A stretch of 64,000 nt of DNA from assembly GCF_006345805.1 (NCBI RefSeq), contig NC_042998.1, positions 21,452,001 through 21,516,000 of the forward strand, read 5' to 3'. Every line of letters begins with the position of its first letter. Positions within the stretch are counted from its first letter, which is position 1. Shown piece by piece: positions 51,538-64,000 of this stretch. Under the pieces are notes generated by a model, which had not been told where the DNA came from, made no database searches, and saw only the letters and a program-made list of their open reading frames with translations. The DNA comes from Octopus sinensis. Taxonomy: Eukaryota. A program made the position numbers and the translations under genes.

Positions 51538-52064
51538 CATATATGACATAACAATCTGAAATGTAATTATAAATTGGTTTATGTAAATTTATATAATTAG
51601 AAAACAATATAAATAAAGTGTTAAAATCTGAATGTTAAGTTAGCAAACAATTATATAAAAAAAGATAATGCAAATGAAGCTAAAATGATAATTTTATAAT
51701 TTAAGGTTTATTAACACCCTTTATTACAAAAAATTGATAACCCCAATTGAAGAGATTAAAACCCACAGAGTTGTCTCCCCTTACTAACAGGAACTGGGTA
51801 ACTACTTCCTGTTTTGACATTCATTTAACAGACATCCTAAATTAAATTAAACAGCACATGGATTTAATCACATGGATCTCAATCCTCCAAGGTAATTTTT
51901 TCAAGAACTCTCATTGAACTCGAGATACACAAAGACTTTACAATGTATCGGTGTACCTATTTTTTAATTTTTGTATATGTTTATTATTATTTTTTTGCAA
52001 AAAACAATGTAATTTTCTTTTTTCCCACTCCTGAATCATAAATTTTTTTTTCTTTTCACCTTAC

Positions 52065-52106
52065 AATTCTTGAAAAGTCACATTGTAACGAAAACCGGTT
52101 TGAATT
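52065..52106 (+). ncRNA. Minimal hammerhead with U3-A8 covariant core
   Basis: aattc-TTGAAAA-gtcac(att)gtaac-GAA-AACCGGTT-T-gaatt; lies at the 3' end of an AT-rich PLE remnant (~51560-52110). Confidence 0.55.
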
Positions 52107-52229
52107 AATATATATATATTTTGTTAATTTTTCAAAATTTTCCATACACCCATTTTCATTAAAATTTACCTTCAATTTAGCATTCTGCCTTATTATAATT
52201 TTTCCTTGCCTATATATATATATACATAA

Positions 52230-52286
<57 letters not shown>

Positions 52287-52599
52287 AGTAAATAAATGGA
52301 GTTGAACGCAGATGCTATTTAAATTCTTTTACCTTCGACATATGTTTCTAATACAACATTGGTTTTATTCCTGGGGTCGATTTGCTCGACTAAAGGCGGT
52401 GCTCAAGCATGGCCGCAGTCAAATGACTGAAACAAGTAAAAGAGTAAAAGAGTAAAAGAATATATAAGGGAGAATTGTAAAAAAATGTATAAATAGATGA
52501 TGAGTAAAGCACCGGTACAGTTTCTATTACCTGAGGTTATCCGTAGATTTATTGTAGGAACTTCGTAGTAGCGGTTGGGATAAAATAGGAGATGGAATA

Positions 52600-52959
52600 T
52601 GTAATAGACTTTACGGCGTACAACACATGTTTCGACCAGTTCTGTGTCTTTTCAGGTACATCATTAACAAGTCTCAGTAGAGATTTCTTAAGTTGGCTTA
52701 CGTACCGCTATATGTCTATCAAATTCGAGAATGAGTAAAATCAGAGAAAAATTAATGTAACGCAAAATATTCAAATGCGAACGTGGAAAGTATACATCCT
52801 AGTTTAGAGAAAAATGACGTAATCAGCTTTCGTTGTTGTAACTGTTAAGAGAACGAAAAAGAAGTAGAAGTTGAAAGGAAGATAATACTTAGAAGAAAGT
52901 CTTTTTTGGGGAATCGTGCTTAGACGCATATATACATGCAGATATATATATACATATAT

Positions 52960-53012
<53 letters not shown>

Positions 53013-53140
53013 TATATATCGAATTTGATGGATATATAGCGGTACGTAAGCCGCCTGAAGAAATCTCTTGTGAAAAATTTTAATGATGCACCTGAAGAAA
53101 CCCAGAACGGGTCGAAACATGAGTTGTACGCAAGAAAGTC
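52600..53140. mobile_element. Divergent inverted pair of a hammerhead-bearing repeat (52600-52735 -, 53015-53140 +)
   Basis: tcgaatttgatggatatatagcggtacgtaagcc is mirrored; CTGAAGA...GAAAcatgagttGTA, degenerate. Confidence 0.6.
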
Positions 53141-53189
53141 TATTTCACTTTCCATCTGCTATTTTATTTATAATATAAATATATATATG

Positions 53190-53410
53190 GTCATTCAAAA
53201 TGTGACCGCGTGTATACCGTTGGCGATTTTTTTCCTTCCGTATTCCCTTCTCTGGATCTTTCCTTTTCCTATGTTTCTGACGAAGAGCTCCGCTCGAAAC
53301 GTTAAACCCTCCTTCTTCCCTTCCTTCCTGAGCGTCCAATAATACTATATTTGTTCAACGTCCTCGCGGTGTTGTGTTTTCTCTTTGTGTTTTCATGTTT
53401 GGATTAACTT
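53190..53410 (+). mobile_element. Solo pLTR of the 56-58 kb PLE family with a hammerhead at 53273-53307
   Basis: gttt-CTGACGA-a-gagc(tcc)gctc-GAAA-cgtt-aaac; similar to the reverse complement of 56026-56240 and 58053-58290. Confidence 0.7.
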
Positions 53411-53864
53411 TATATATATATATATATATCTATAAACTTTTAACTTTTATATTTATAGTTTGCATCTAATTATTTTTTGGTATAACAGTGCTCACTTAGT
53501 AAGTATTGCTTTCATTATTTTATCACAGTCATAGTCTCTCTTTTTTAATCAAATTTCCCTGGAATTCATTCACAGGTTGAGCAACTAAGAGGCATTATTG
53601 TTCATATTAAAAATAACCTGCATCGAACTCTGTGGTCTATTTAAGTCATGTTAAATAAAATAAACTTCTTTCTTCCATGAACTACTTTCTTCCATGTTAA
53701 CTATAATGAACTTCCGTTCTTCCATCATAAAACATAGACCATAGTTCAAAATTCCTTATGGGCCTAAAATGAATGTAATTTCCAAAGGTAACTACTGGCA
53801 TTCATTTAACTGCACCTCAAAGATACAAAAGAAAAAAGATAATGCCTTTAACTTTTGAACATAC

Positions 53865-54020
53865 AGCTACTCACGTGTAAGCTATCAATGAACTGCTATA
53901 AGCTGACAGGAAAAGTATTTCAAAAACAAAACTTTTGCTCTCTATAAAGTAAATTTCCCACGTTAGAGACAAAACCTGTCACGCTACTTATATAGTTACT
54001 ACTAAAATCACCCTCAGTTT
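53865..54020 (+). promoter_or_regulatory. Core promoter of dispanin gene B: CACGTG (53872), TATATA (53989), TCAGTT (A at 54016)
   Basis: Collinear with the gene A promoter, including tttcYcacgttag and aacctgtcac blocks. Confidence 0.6.
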
Positions 54021-54137
54021 GCACAGAGAGGAATATTAATACCACTGCAGGTAAGGCGAGTAGGACCACAACATCTGTAGATTTTACCAAGTCAGATCTC
54101 TATCGCTAGCTGCACGAAACAGTGGAGGCTTATAAAC

Positions 54138-54147
54138 ATGGAAGCCA
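54138..54147 (+). CDS. Dispanin gene B coding exon 1 (MEA + 1 nt)
   Basis: ATGGAAGCCA|gtaagt; identical to gene A. Confidence 0.75.
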
Positions 54148-54279
54148 GTAAGTACATACAGTGATTAATTTTCCTAAGTATGTGTTTATGAATTTTCGCA
54201 GGATCTCGCTTTATGTCTGCTTCTATAATAATAATAATAACACTGCGAATAATGCGACTAGGACCCCAACATTTACGGA

Positions 54280-54440
54280 TTTTACCATTTCAGCCCTCTA
54301 TCGCTAGCTGCACGAAACAATGGAGGTTCACAAATATGGAAGCCTATAAGTATATATGTTAACGAATTTTCATAGATATATATATATTAATGAATTTTCC
54401 AAAGTATACGTTAATGAATTTTCGTAGGATCTCACTATAT
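54280..54440 (+). pseudogene. Duplicate of gene B exon 1 with the donor mutated (ATGGAAGCCT|ataagt)
   Basis: ctctatcgctagctgcacgaaaca repeated ~200 bp downstream; ATG at 54336. Confidence 0.65.
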
Positions 54441-54509
54441 ATATCCTATTTTATAATTGTTTTCATTTCTCTCAGTTCACGAATGTTAAAGACTAATATA
54501 AACACCCTT

Positions 54510-54743
54510 AAGGTGGCGAGCTGGCAGAAACGTTAGCGCGCCGGGCGAAATGCTTAGCGGTATTTCGTCGATCGTTTACGTTCTGAGTTCAAATTCCACC
54601 GAGGTCGACTTTGCCTTTCTTCCTTTCGGGCTCGATAAATAAAGTACCAGTTTCGCACTGGGGTCGATATAATCGACTTAATCCGTTTGTCTGTCCTTGT
54701 TTGTCCTCTCTTTGTTTAGCCCCTTGTGGGCAGTAAAGAAATA
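54510..54743 (+). mobile_element. Full-length SINE S2 with 15-bp TSD
   Basis: aatataaacaccctt at 54495 and 54744; the site is empty in the gene A intron (~8420-8440). Confidence 0.9.
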
Positions 54744-55519
54744 AATATAAACACCCTTGTAATATACGCTGCACTAACTGAACCGAAGTAATATTTTTGA
54801 GTTCTGATAAAAATATCTTAAAATCCCCTACGAGCATGTGTGCATGTATATATGTGATCAAATATTTCTCCTACTATGCATGTCCGTGCACGCACCCTTC
54901 TGTGTAGATCAAATCGAAACGTAAAAAACTGACCTCCATAGCTGTTACCTTAAATTTCAGTTACTTTATATATATACATGCACACGCACATACACATACA
55001 CACGCACACACACACATGCTCACACACACAGACAGATAGATAGATTGATAGATAGATAGATACATATATACATACATACATACATACATACATACATACA
55101 TAAATACAAACATACATACATGAAAATATTTCTTTACATTCTTCTATTCTTTTACTTGTGTCAGTCCATTTGGTTGAGGTCATGCTGGAGCACCGACTTC
55201 AAGAGTTTTACCCCAGATCTTATTCTTTGCTGGCCTAGTACTCATTCCCTTTTGCCGAACCGCTATGTTTCAGTGATGTAAACACGCTAACATCGATTCT
55301 CAAGGGATAGTAGTGGGACAAACACAGACACAAATATACACAGACATATGTATACATCACGGCTTCTTTCAGTTTCCCTCTACCAAATATATTCACAAGG
55401 CTTTTGTCAGACCGATGTTTTAGAAGACGCCTGTTCGTGATGGGAGTAGTAGGACCGTACCCGGAGCAACCTTCGTACATCACAACCACGCCTGCACCCA
55501 TATATATATATATATATAT

Positions 55520-56010
55520 AGCTCCATGAGGCCATCGCCTTAAGTTAGCTATTTGATACACAAACTGTATCCATATAACCTTCGAACAAGGGAGGTCAGT
55601 CGCTCCACACTACTTGACCGGCAGCTACAGACGCGTTTCGGGGTATTGCCCCTTTTCAATGCAGCGTAGCCAGCCAGTAGGTGTCGCTTCCGACAATCTC
55701 TGTTCGATGGTTTTATTTACCTAGTTTCGGTGGAATACATCCACTTGTTTTCAATAATAGAAATATTAAAATAACTAAGTCTCTCTAAAAGAGAACAGCG
55801 GCAGCCTTCCCGGAAAATAATAGTTATCGCCATACTAATATGGCATTCTTATAAAAATAAGAAAAAAGCTGTCCGCTTATTAGCTCCATGAGGCCATCGC
55901 CTTAAGTTAGCTATTTGATACACAAACTGTATCCATATAACCTTCGAACAAGGGAGGTCAGTCGCTCCACACTACTTGACCGGCAGCTACAGACGCGTTT
56001 CGGGGTATAT
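55520..56010 (-). mobile_element. PLE-type pLTR region with a partial tandem repeat
   Basis: agctccatgaggccatcgcc...gacgcgtttcggggtat at 55521 and ~55883. Confidence 0.6.
55624..55665 (-). ncRNA. Minimal type I hammerhead, U3-A8 covariant core, GUC cleavage triplet
   Basis: gctgca-TTGAAAA-gggg(caata)cccc-GAAA-cgc-GTC-tgtagc; palindromic ACGCGU stem III. Confidence 0.7.
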
Positions 56011-56025
56011 ATATATATATATATA

Positions 56026-58290
56026 GTTAATCCAAACAAGAAAACACAGAAAAAAAACACAGCAACGCGAGGACGTGGAACAATTAAAGTATTATTTGAC
56101 GCTCAGGAAAGAAGGGAAGGAGGGTTTAACGTTTCGAGCGGAAACAAGGAGAAGGAAAGATCCCAAGAAGGGAAGACAGAGGAAAAAAATATTTTAGCTG
56201 GTGGTGCTCAAGAGATCACATGTTGAAAGAACATAAGTTGAGAGGTAGACCTTTGGATTTGATGTCAAGGGTGAAGAGGAGGTGCGAGGGGCTGGAAGGG
56301 AAGGAAAAGGAATTGAAGAGACGGAGGGCGTGGTTGGTATCATGTATGTGGGAAGGGAGGACTTTGACTAAGGGGGACAGGATGCGGTCGAGGTATAGGG
56401 AAATGTGTTCAGTTGGGCAATTACAGGCGGAAACGATGGGGTATTGGGCTTATGAATTTTGGGACGGAAATAGATGGTGGAGGTGCGGGGTGTGCGGACG
56501 ATGAGGTTGGTGGCGGTGGGGGGGGAGAGCAGAAGAGGAGATGAGTTCGCGGATAGTGGAGGACACTCGCTGTTGGTAGGAAGAGGTGGGATCAGGGGGG
56601 AGGAGGCGATAGAAGAGGGGATTTTGAAGCTGGCTGAGCGCTTCCTCCCTGTAGAGATCCGCGCGCCACACCACCACTGCTCCGCCTTTGTCCGCCGGTT
56701 TGATGACAATGTCATTGCGGCGACGGAGGTGGCGAAGGGCAACCAATTCAGCCTGTGTGAGGCTGTCTCGGAGAGGTCTTTTTTAAAGTTAAACCGGTTT
56801 ACCAACGCGTTGCAGTCGTTCACAAACGAGTCTAGGCTACTGGATTGGCCCGGGGGCGGCGTCCAGTTGGATGGGCGGCGCCCCAGCTCCAAAAAGCAAT
56901 CCTGATTGTCGTGACGCTGCGGAGACGCGTGGAAGAATGCGCAAAGTTTGAGGCGGCGCAGGAACTGGTTGACGTCCGTCCGAGTCTCGAATTCGTCACA
57001 GTGGCGCATGAGAGGCGTGAAGCGGAGTCCCTTACTGAGGAGAGAGCGCTCGGCTGCGGAGAGGGGGAGATTGGGGGTATAGTGACAACAGTGCGAGGAA
57101 GCGGGTTGGTGGGATGAGTGGGTCAGGAAGAGGGGGTGCAGAGGTGTGGGGAGGAGAGTTGGGGTGTTGGGTGAAGATGGGGTAGGCGTAGAAAGGTCAG
57201 GGTGGGGTGTGTGTTGGTCCGTGGAGGGGAAAGGTGGAGGGGTGGAGAGAGTCGGGGGAGCTGGAGGGGAGGATGTGGAGGATGTGGAGGAGAGGGGAGG
57301 GGAAGGAGGTGAAGGGTTGAGGAGGTGGTGGAGTTTTTTGTTTTTTGTGTGTGTGAGGAAATTGTGAAGCTGGTGGTTGAGATTAAGAATGAAGCGGAGA
57401 ATAGGTTGGGTGAAGAGTGGAGGGCAGAGGGAGGAGAGAAGGAGGTAAGCTTGGGGAAGTAGGTGGTCAAAGGAGTGAAGGAGAGAGCGGGTGGAACGGA
57501 TGGTAGCATGGATGAGGAGGCGGGAAGTGCGGGCGAGGGTGGGTTCGATGAAGGGGGAGGAATAGGGGGTGGCGTGGAACTTCAAGAGGAAGCCACGGGG
57601 TGTGACGTGATAGCGGAGGCAACGGCTGAGGGAGGAGAGATGGCTAGAGTGGCGAGTTTTTTTAAAAAGTAAGTGAGAAAGATTTTTGCGGGTTGTAAGC
57701 ATTGGGGGAGGGGAAGCGAGAAAGCGGCTAAGAAGGGATTGAAGGTGTTGGACGAACGAGTGCAAGTCAGGCATGTTGGGAAGTGGTGAATGTGTATGTA
57801 GGTGTAAGTGGTGCTGACACAAGTGGAAGAATGGAGGTGGAAGAAGAAAGGTAAAGAAGGAAAAGTACAGGGAGATAAGTTCAGGAAAAAAGTTCAGGAG
57901 AAAGTTAAATAAGAGTCACGGACAGATTCTTTTGATTTCCAATCACGATTTCAGTGGCGTACTCCGGAAGGATGGTAACTGTAATCCGTAGGTGTAAAAA
58001 TCTAGGAATTGGCACCAAGGCGCTCGGTATCCGTGTGAGCGTGCAGTATATAAAGTTAATCCAAACAAGAAAACACAGAAAAAAAACACAGCAACGCGAG
58101 GACGTAGAACAATTAAAGTATTATTTGACGCTCAGGAAAGAAGGGAAGGAGGGTTTAACGTTTCGATCGGAGCTCTTCGTCGGACACAAGGAGAAGGAAA
58201 GATCCCAAGAAGGGAAGACAGAGGAAAAAATATTTTAGCTGGTGGTGCTCAAGAGATCACATGTTGAAAGATCACATGTTGAAAGAACAT
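56026..58290 (-). mobile_element. Internally deleted C-rich Penelope-like element with two direct pLTRs; ORF remnant 56250-57822
   Basis: LSKGLRFTP...FLRRLKL, DIVIKPADKGGAVVVW, PKIHK, LFTLDIKS where the RT is truncated; pLTRs 56026-56240 and 58053-58290. Confidence 0.85.
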
Positions 58291-58293
58291 ATA

Positions 58294-58530
58294 GTGGAGG
58301 ATCGTGGCTTAGTGGTTAGGGTGCCAGCACCATGATCGTTAGACTGTGGTTTCGATTCCTGGACCGGGCGACGAGTTGTGTTCTTGAGCAAAACATTTCA
58401 TTTCGCGTTGTTCCAGTCCACTGGGCTGGCAAAAATGAGTAACGCTGCAATGGACTGGCGTCCCGTCCAGCTGGGGAACACATACGCCATAGAAACCGGG
58501 AAACCGGGCTCATGAGCCAGGCTAAGCTTT
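58294..58530 (+). mobile_element. tRNA-derived SINE, head H4 + tail T3
   Basis: gtggcttagtggttagg...ggtttcgattcc...ttcttgagcaaaaca, then a tail unrelated to T1. Confidence 0.75.
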
Positions 58531-58772
58531 GAAAAAAAGGGCGCATTTATTATATATATACATTAAGGATTCAGGTAGAAATGGGTGCCTGAAAAGATAT
58601 AGACCTTGAGTTAATTTACTTAACTCCTCATTTTCTGATGATGGAATACTTAGACGATGGAATCCTTGCTTGACACAACGTTACAATAACTTGGATAATC
58701 AAGCAACAGGCATTTGAGACAATGTGAATTGTCCTTGTAAAGTTTTGCCAAACTTTTTGCTTTTTCAATATA

Positions 58773-59994
58773 TTGGGTTAGCAACTAAGTTCCCACCGTT
58801 TTTTTTAATTTAAATTTTTAAACGGTTTAATAAAAAACAACTAATTAATCAATAATGTATTCACCCTTGTTGTTTACAACTTCTTCCCAACGTTCAACAA
58901 GATTTTCAATATATCGTTGCTAGAAATCCCCCGATTTTGACTTGAAAAATTAATCCAACCAAGCTCTCAAATCTGCATCAGTATTGAACGAAACTCTGCG
59001 CATAGCATTTGAAAGAGATTTAAACAGGTGGAAATCCGTTGGTACCAAATCAGGAGAGTACGGTAGGTGTGGTAGCATTTCCCCACCATGCGTTTGAAAG
59101 GCTTCCTTGGTCATATTGGCGATATGAAAACGGGCGTTGTCGTGCAGCAGAAGAACTCCATGCTGCCGATTGGGTATTTTCTCTTGAATAGCCGTGTTGA
59201 GTCGTTCCAGCTGTTGAACATAGTTTGCTTCCGTTCAAGCAATTCGTAATGAATAATCCCTTCCCAGTCCCACCATACATACAACATCGCTTTTCGCGGA
59301 TGAAGATTTTATTTCACGCGCGGTGTCGCTTGTTTATTTTAGCTAAGCCATTCCTTACGCTACTTCATGTTGATGTACAGACACCATCTTTCGTCACCAG
59401 TAACGATTCAGTAAAGAAATCGTTGCTTGTGTCCATGAATTGAGCGGTGACGAGCAAGCAAACCAGCAGAGAATGTGGCTCGTTATTTTTTGTTGTCACT
59501 TAAAGCATGCGGAACCCATGCTCCATACTTCTGAACCTTTCCTATCGAGTGAAGATGCTTCTCTATAGTAGTGTGGTAGCATTCCATTTTCTCTGCCAGT
59601 TACTTTGTCGTTTGACGAGACTTTTCGTGCAAAAGTTGGTTTAATCGCTCTCCATCGAACTCAAATTGGACGGCCAGAACGAGCTGCGTCTTTGAGGTCA
59701 AAATTTCCATTTTTGAACTTGGCATACCACTCACTAATAGTTCTTTCAGCTATGACACCCTCTCCATACACAGCACAAATGTCACAAGTAGCTTTTGCGG
59801 CCTTAGAATCTTGATTAAAAGCAAAAAGGAGGTGTCGAACATGCTCGTTTTCCTTAACTTGACATTCCATTTTAATGATCGGAAATAAACAAATATTAAC
59901 TAAAATTAAATAGAAAAAAAAATAGATTCCAAAATTTAAAAACGTAAAAAAATCAAAAATTTAAAAAAACACGGGAACTTAGTTGCGAACCTAA
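58773..59994 (-). mobile_element. Decayed mariner with TIRs and TA TSD
   Basis: ttgggttagcaactaagttccc / gggaacttagttgcgaacctaa; FDLKDAARSGRP and YSPDLVPTDFHLF motifs; frameshifted. Confidence 0.9.
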
Positions 59995-60001
59995 TATATA
60001 A

Positions 60002-60044
<43 letters not shown>

Positions 60045-60076
60045 ACACACACACACAAACACACACACACACACAC

Positions 60077-60126
<50 letters not shown>

Positions 60127-60509
60127 TGTAGTTGTGTGAGTGTCTGTCCCCTTCGATTTAGATTCCTAACTACTCCCACATTTTGCGATGCAGTGTAACC
60201 AAAACCGGGTATCTTATAGTCGTGATTCATATCGAGCCCTTCTGGGTATTAGCGCGCGTCTACGATGAGTCTACGATTTTAAAAAAAAATTACCATCATT
60301 TTTTATTCCATTTTAATGCATTTTCGCTGTTATATAAGGGAAGTAACTCTCTAAAAATGTCTACGATGAGTCAACGATTAAAAAAAGAAATTACCATCAA
60401 ATTTTATACCATTTTTAATGCATTTTTTGCTATTTTTTGCTATAACTCACTAAAAATGCTTATATAGTTATTTCCCTTACAAACCCGAGCAACGCGGGCG
60501 ATACTGCTA

Positions 60510-60577
<68 letters not shown>

Positions 60578-61240
60578 TTATATTGAATGATCTATTGTAT
60601 CAAATTATTAATACTATTAAAGTATTTATGTATTTAATACGAGCAATTATATATTATATAATTATATATTTTATAATCAGATTATATATACTTTCTGACA
60701 CAACAATTAAAATATATTTTAAATCATTTATTTATTTTAAATCCTTCATGTTTCTCCTCCCTCTCACACACATACATTACTTTGGGCGCAAAAGAGTTTT
60801 GTTTTAATTTTACGTCGATGAAAAAGTGTTTTGTTGAGAATCCATTTATTTAACAACAAAGAAACAAAGAGGTAGGAAGCAATTTGTCAGTGAATTACAC
60901 AATATATATGGGTACAATTTCCGAGGTTTCCACCACACCCCACCTCTCCTTTCTCCCCCACTCATTTGTCTCCCACTGAAATTAATCAACTCACACTTGA
61001 TTAATCTATTTAATTGTCATGCCTACCACATTATGAGATTACTTTTTCTATTACATTTATCACACATCCTTTCCTCAATAGTAATTTCACAAGGTTAAGT
61101 AGATTGTCAACAACTGTTAAAATTATATGTTGATTTCCATCGATCCGACGATCTATTTGCAATTGGAAATGTAACGAAAATAAATCATGTTGTTTGAAAC
61201 ATCGTCTTTGAGTTACACACTTTTCAATATACTCTGCAAG

Positions 61241-61273
<33 letters not shown>

Positions 61274-61617
61274 CAGTTACGTCCTATAACTCCATCATCG
61301 TCTGATTTTCGGGTCTCTTCGTTACGTATATAATGGAATTGTGATTATGTATATCAGAAACTATATATATAAGTCGAAACAATTTTATAATTGTTTATGT
61401 TATTTAATATTGTTATATTATAATCATAGTAATTAATGTAATATTGTAATATAGATAAATCATTGGATTGTCAATAGTATATTTCTAATTAATGTAATAG
61501 TGATGGTATTAATTAATTTTTTTAATTTTACAGCATATAACATTTGTTGATTAATTAAATATATGAGGAATGTACACTTTGAAATACCGCTTGTGGAATC
61601 TAATTTCTTTTTTACAG

Positions 61618-61937
61618 ATAACACGAAAACTGCTGAGCGGAACGAGGAACCACCAGGATACTATGATAACCATGGATACACAACTGATTTTTATAATGCT
61701 TCGACATCTGGACATTCCGAACAACCTGGATATCCACAACCACCAGCATATACACCACGCTCCGAATATCCACCACAAACGGAATATCCACCACCACCAC
61801 CATATACAGCACAAACCGGATTTCCATCACAAACGGAATATCCACCACAAACAGAATATCCACCACAAACCGGAGACCTGTCACAACCAACACCTGTGCT
61901 ACAACAACCACAGCGACAACAACAGCAAACTGTTATT
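61618..61937 (+). CDS. Dispanin gene B coding exon 2, Pro/Tyr/Gln-rich (PPGY, PPAY, PPPY, EYPPQT repeats)
   Basis: tttcttttttacag|AT AAC ACG...ACT GTT ATT|gtaagc, 320 nt, phase 1/0; homologous to gene A exon 2. Confidence 0.8.
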
Positions 61938-62189
61938 GTAAGCAAATATCACTTCTCATTTTACTCCTTACTCTACAACAACCATTTAGCCCAAACCGAG
62001 ATCTTATCTTTAGAAAGTTTTAGACATCAAACGTAACTTTACCACGAAATCATCTGTAAGAGTTTTTAGTCAGTCAGATCATTAAATTGAGCACAATGAT
62101 TGTTTTAATTTGGTATTTATTTTAGCAGTATATTTTAATTGAATGTGTGATAAGTTGCACTGAAGTACAATGGTAAGAGTAGCAATCGG

Positions 62190-62835
62190 AGTAACTGACA
62201 TGGAAGATATATACACATTTATATGACTCTCATTCAGCAAGCCATCACTGCTCCGTTCCTGTGATGTATTAGAGATCTCATGTCTGTTTTCTGCTATGAG
62301 ATTACATTTATCAGAAAGAACTGTATTTTCAATCGTTTCCTCTGCTACTGTTTTCCGATACCCGCCATTTGCTAGCTTCGAGCTCTACTTCTGTGAACCA
62401 ACTATTTTTTCTTATTGCTCTATCTTGATCCCATAATCTCTGATCCGTGAATTGAAACAATACTCTTTCTCTCCGTTGATCATACATACGTTGTCGGTTA
62501 CTTCTAATATGAAGACCATTTTCGATTATAGGGTTGCTCAGGCAGTAACACTCCATGACCAGAGCATTGACTTGTTTGTTTCATCTACGCTGTGTGTGCT
62601 GGTCCCTTGCTGGATAATGACAGGCTGGAGTCAGACCAGTATTTCTGAGTCTGCCGGGTGCAACACTGTCACCATGTAGGGCTTCAGTTTCATTACGACC
62701 GCTATTCAAAATATTTTGTCTTTTCGTTGTCATACATATGAGGTAGCGATTATCAGGTTGTGCAATTACCAGTGTTTTTATTGTAACACAATCACTAGAT
62801 GTATCATCAATCAGAACATAGGGAGATTCCAACCG
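62190..62835 (-). mobile_element. 5' fragment of an R4/Dong-type LINE at the same intronic site as in gene A
   Basis: Matches 18100-18330; AIRKNSWFTEVELE. Confidence 0.65.
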
Positions 62836-62985
62836 CTTCCTTTCATTGTTATTATTATCATCACTGATATTATTTTCATTTTTTACTATTTGTCATTGTT
62901 AACATTTCCTCCGACTCGACATGATTTTTGGCTAAGTTATTATCCCCCTCCTCTTCATCACCATCATCGTCAGCAGTAGTAGTAG

Positions 62986-63031
<46 letters not shown>

Positions 63032-63056
63032 GGTGGTGGTGGTGGTGGTGGTAGCT

Positions 63057-63141
<85 letters not shown>

Positions 63142-63619
63142 CAGCATCAAGGGTGTGAGCTGACAGGATCGTTATCACGTTGGACGAATTTCTTAGCGGC
63201 ATTTCAACCGTCACTGCGTTCTGAGTTCAAATTCCACAGAGGTCGATTTTGCCTTTCACCCTAGGGGCCGATAAATTAAGTACCATACCAGTGAAAAACT
63301 GCAGTGAATATAATCAACGCATCCTCTCTCCCTACATCTGAGGCTTTGTGCCCCCAGTAGAAAGGATTATTATTGTTCTTATTTTTATTATTTACATTTT
63401 ATTTGCATGTTTGTTACAATCACTTGCCGAGACACACTCGGCGTCGTGGGGCGAGTAAAGGATAAAAGATCTGACAGAATGAGTGAATATTTGAGAGGGA
63501 GGGGTGGCAGGGGCAGTAGCGAAATATCTTCATGTAACACAGCACAGATATTTAAATTGACAGGATTTGCTCCGCGTGTGGGCAGTCAACATTTTTTTTT
63601 TGATTTCCTGAGATATTAT

Positions 63620-64000
63620 GTAGATGTTGTTGTCATCCTTCTCTTATCACCCCTAGGACACCCACAATAACAGGAACAGCGGTTGCTTTAAGATGTCACA
63701 TCTTCTGTATTTCAAGTTCAAAGTCCTTATATTTACTCAATTTCTCAAATTCCTTTACAGTTATGTTTTTATCAGTGGGAACACATACATGTATTAGTCT
63801 ACAAATATTTTCTTCTCTGTCTGTAATGTCTATGGCTAGTGGATTAGCCTGGATCGTTCTGTCACTGTTGACTAGAAAATCCCAGAGGATAGTGATATTT
63901 TTACCTTCAACGGCTGGCGCAAATGATATTCATACCAGTAAGCAGGGATGCTGCTTTCGTAGTCTTTACATATTTTCCAATGTAGAAACTGTCCTAAACT
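63620..64000 (-). mobile_element. R4/Dong-type LINE endonuclease fragment, running off the window
   Basis: HWKICK...ILWDF...DRTIQAN...[18 protein letters not shown]...VPVIVGVLG. Confidence 0.75.

Noticed and set aside
62876-63214. Poly-T/A/V ORFs
   Set aside because: Mosaic trinucleotide repeat in intron 2 of gene B, with no splice or codon support
63657-63800. Exon 3 of gene B after ccctag
   Set aside because: Translation shows no CD225 motif; the region is an antisense Dong-type endonuclease fragment

Overview
AT-rich, microsatellite- and transposon-saturated animal DNA. The repeat families and composition suggest a coleoid cephalopod, probably Octopus (inference, not database-verified). 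The only host genes I can support are absent from the ORF track as intact genes: two tandem, + strand paralogues of a spliced CD225/dispanin (IFITM/PRRT-like) membrane-protein gene. Gene A is complete in four coding exons (8260-8269, ~13988-14202, 21619-21726, 29855-30007; ~161 aa). Its partner, gene B, starts 45.9 kb downstream (54138-54147, 61618-61937) and its CD225 exons lie beyond the window. Both share a promoter footprint (E-box, TATA, TCAGTT initiator), an MEA micro-exon and a Pro/Tyr-rich exon carrying several PPxY motifs. The rest is mobile DNA: many Penelope-like (PLE) remnants, about ten of them with minimal type I hammerhead ribozyme motifs; R4/Dong-type LINE pieces in (TAA)n; Tx1-type L1 pieces in (TCTA)n; several tRNA-derived SINE families; non-autonomous Helitrons; a degenerate Gypsy; an apparently intact Tc1 (DD34E); decayed mariners; and MITEs. 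No rRNA, true tRNA gene or CRISPR array was found. All calls come from reading by eye, with no database searches.
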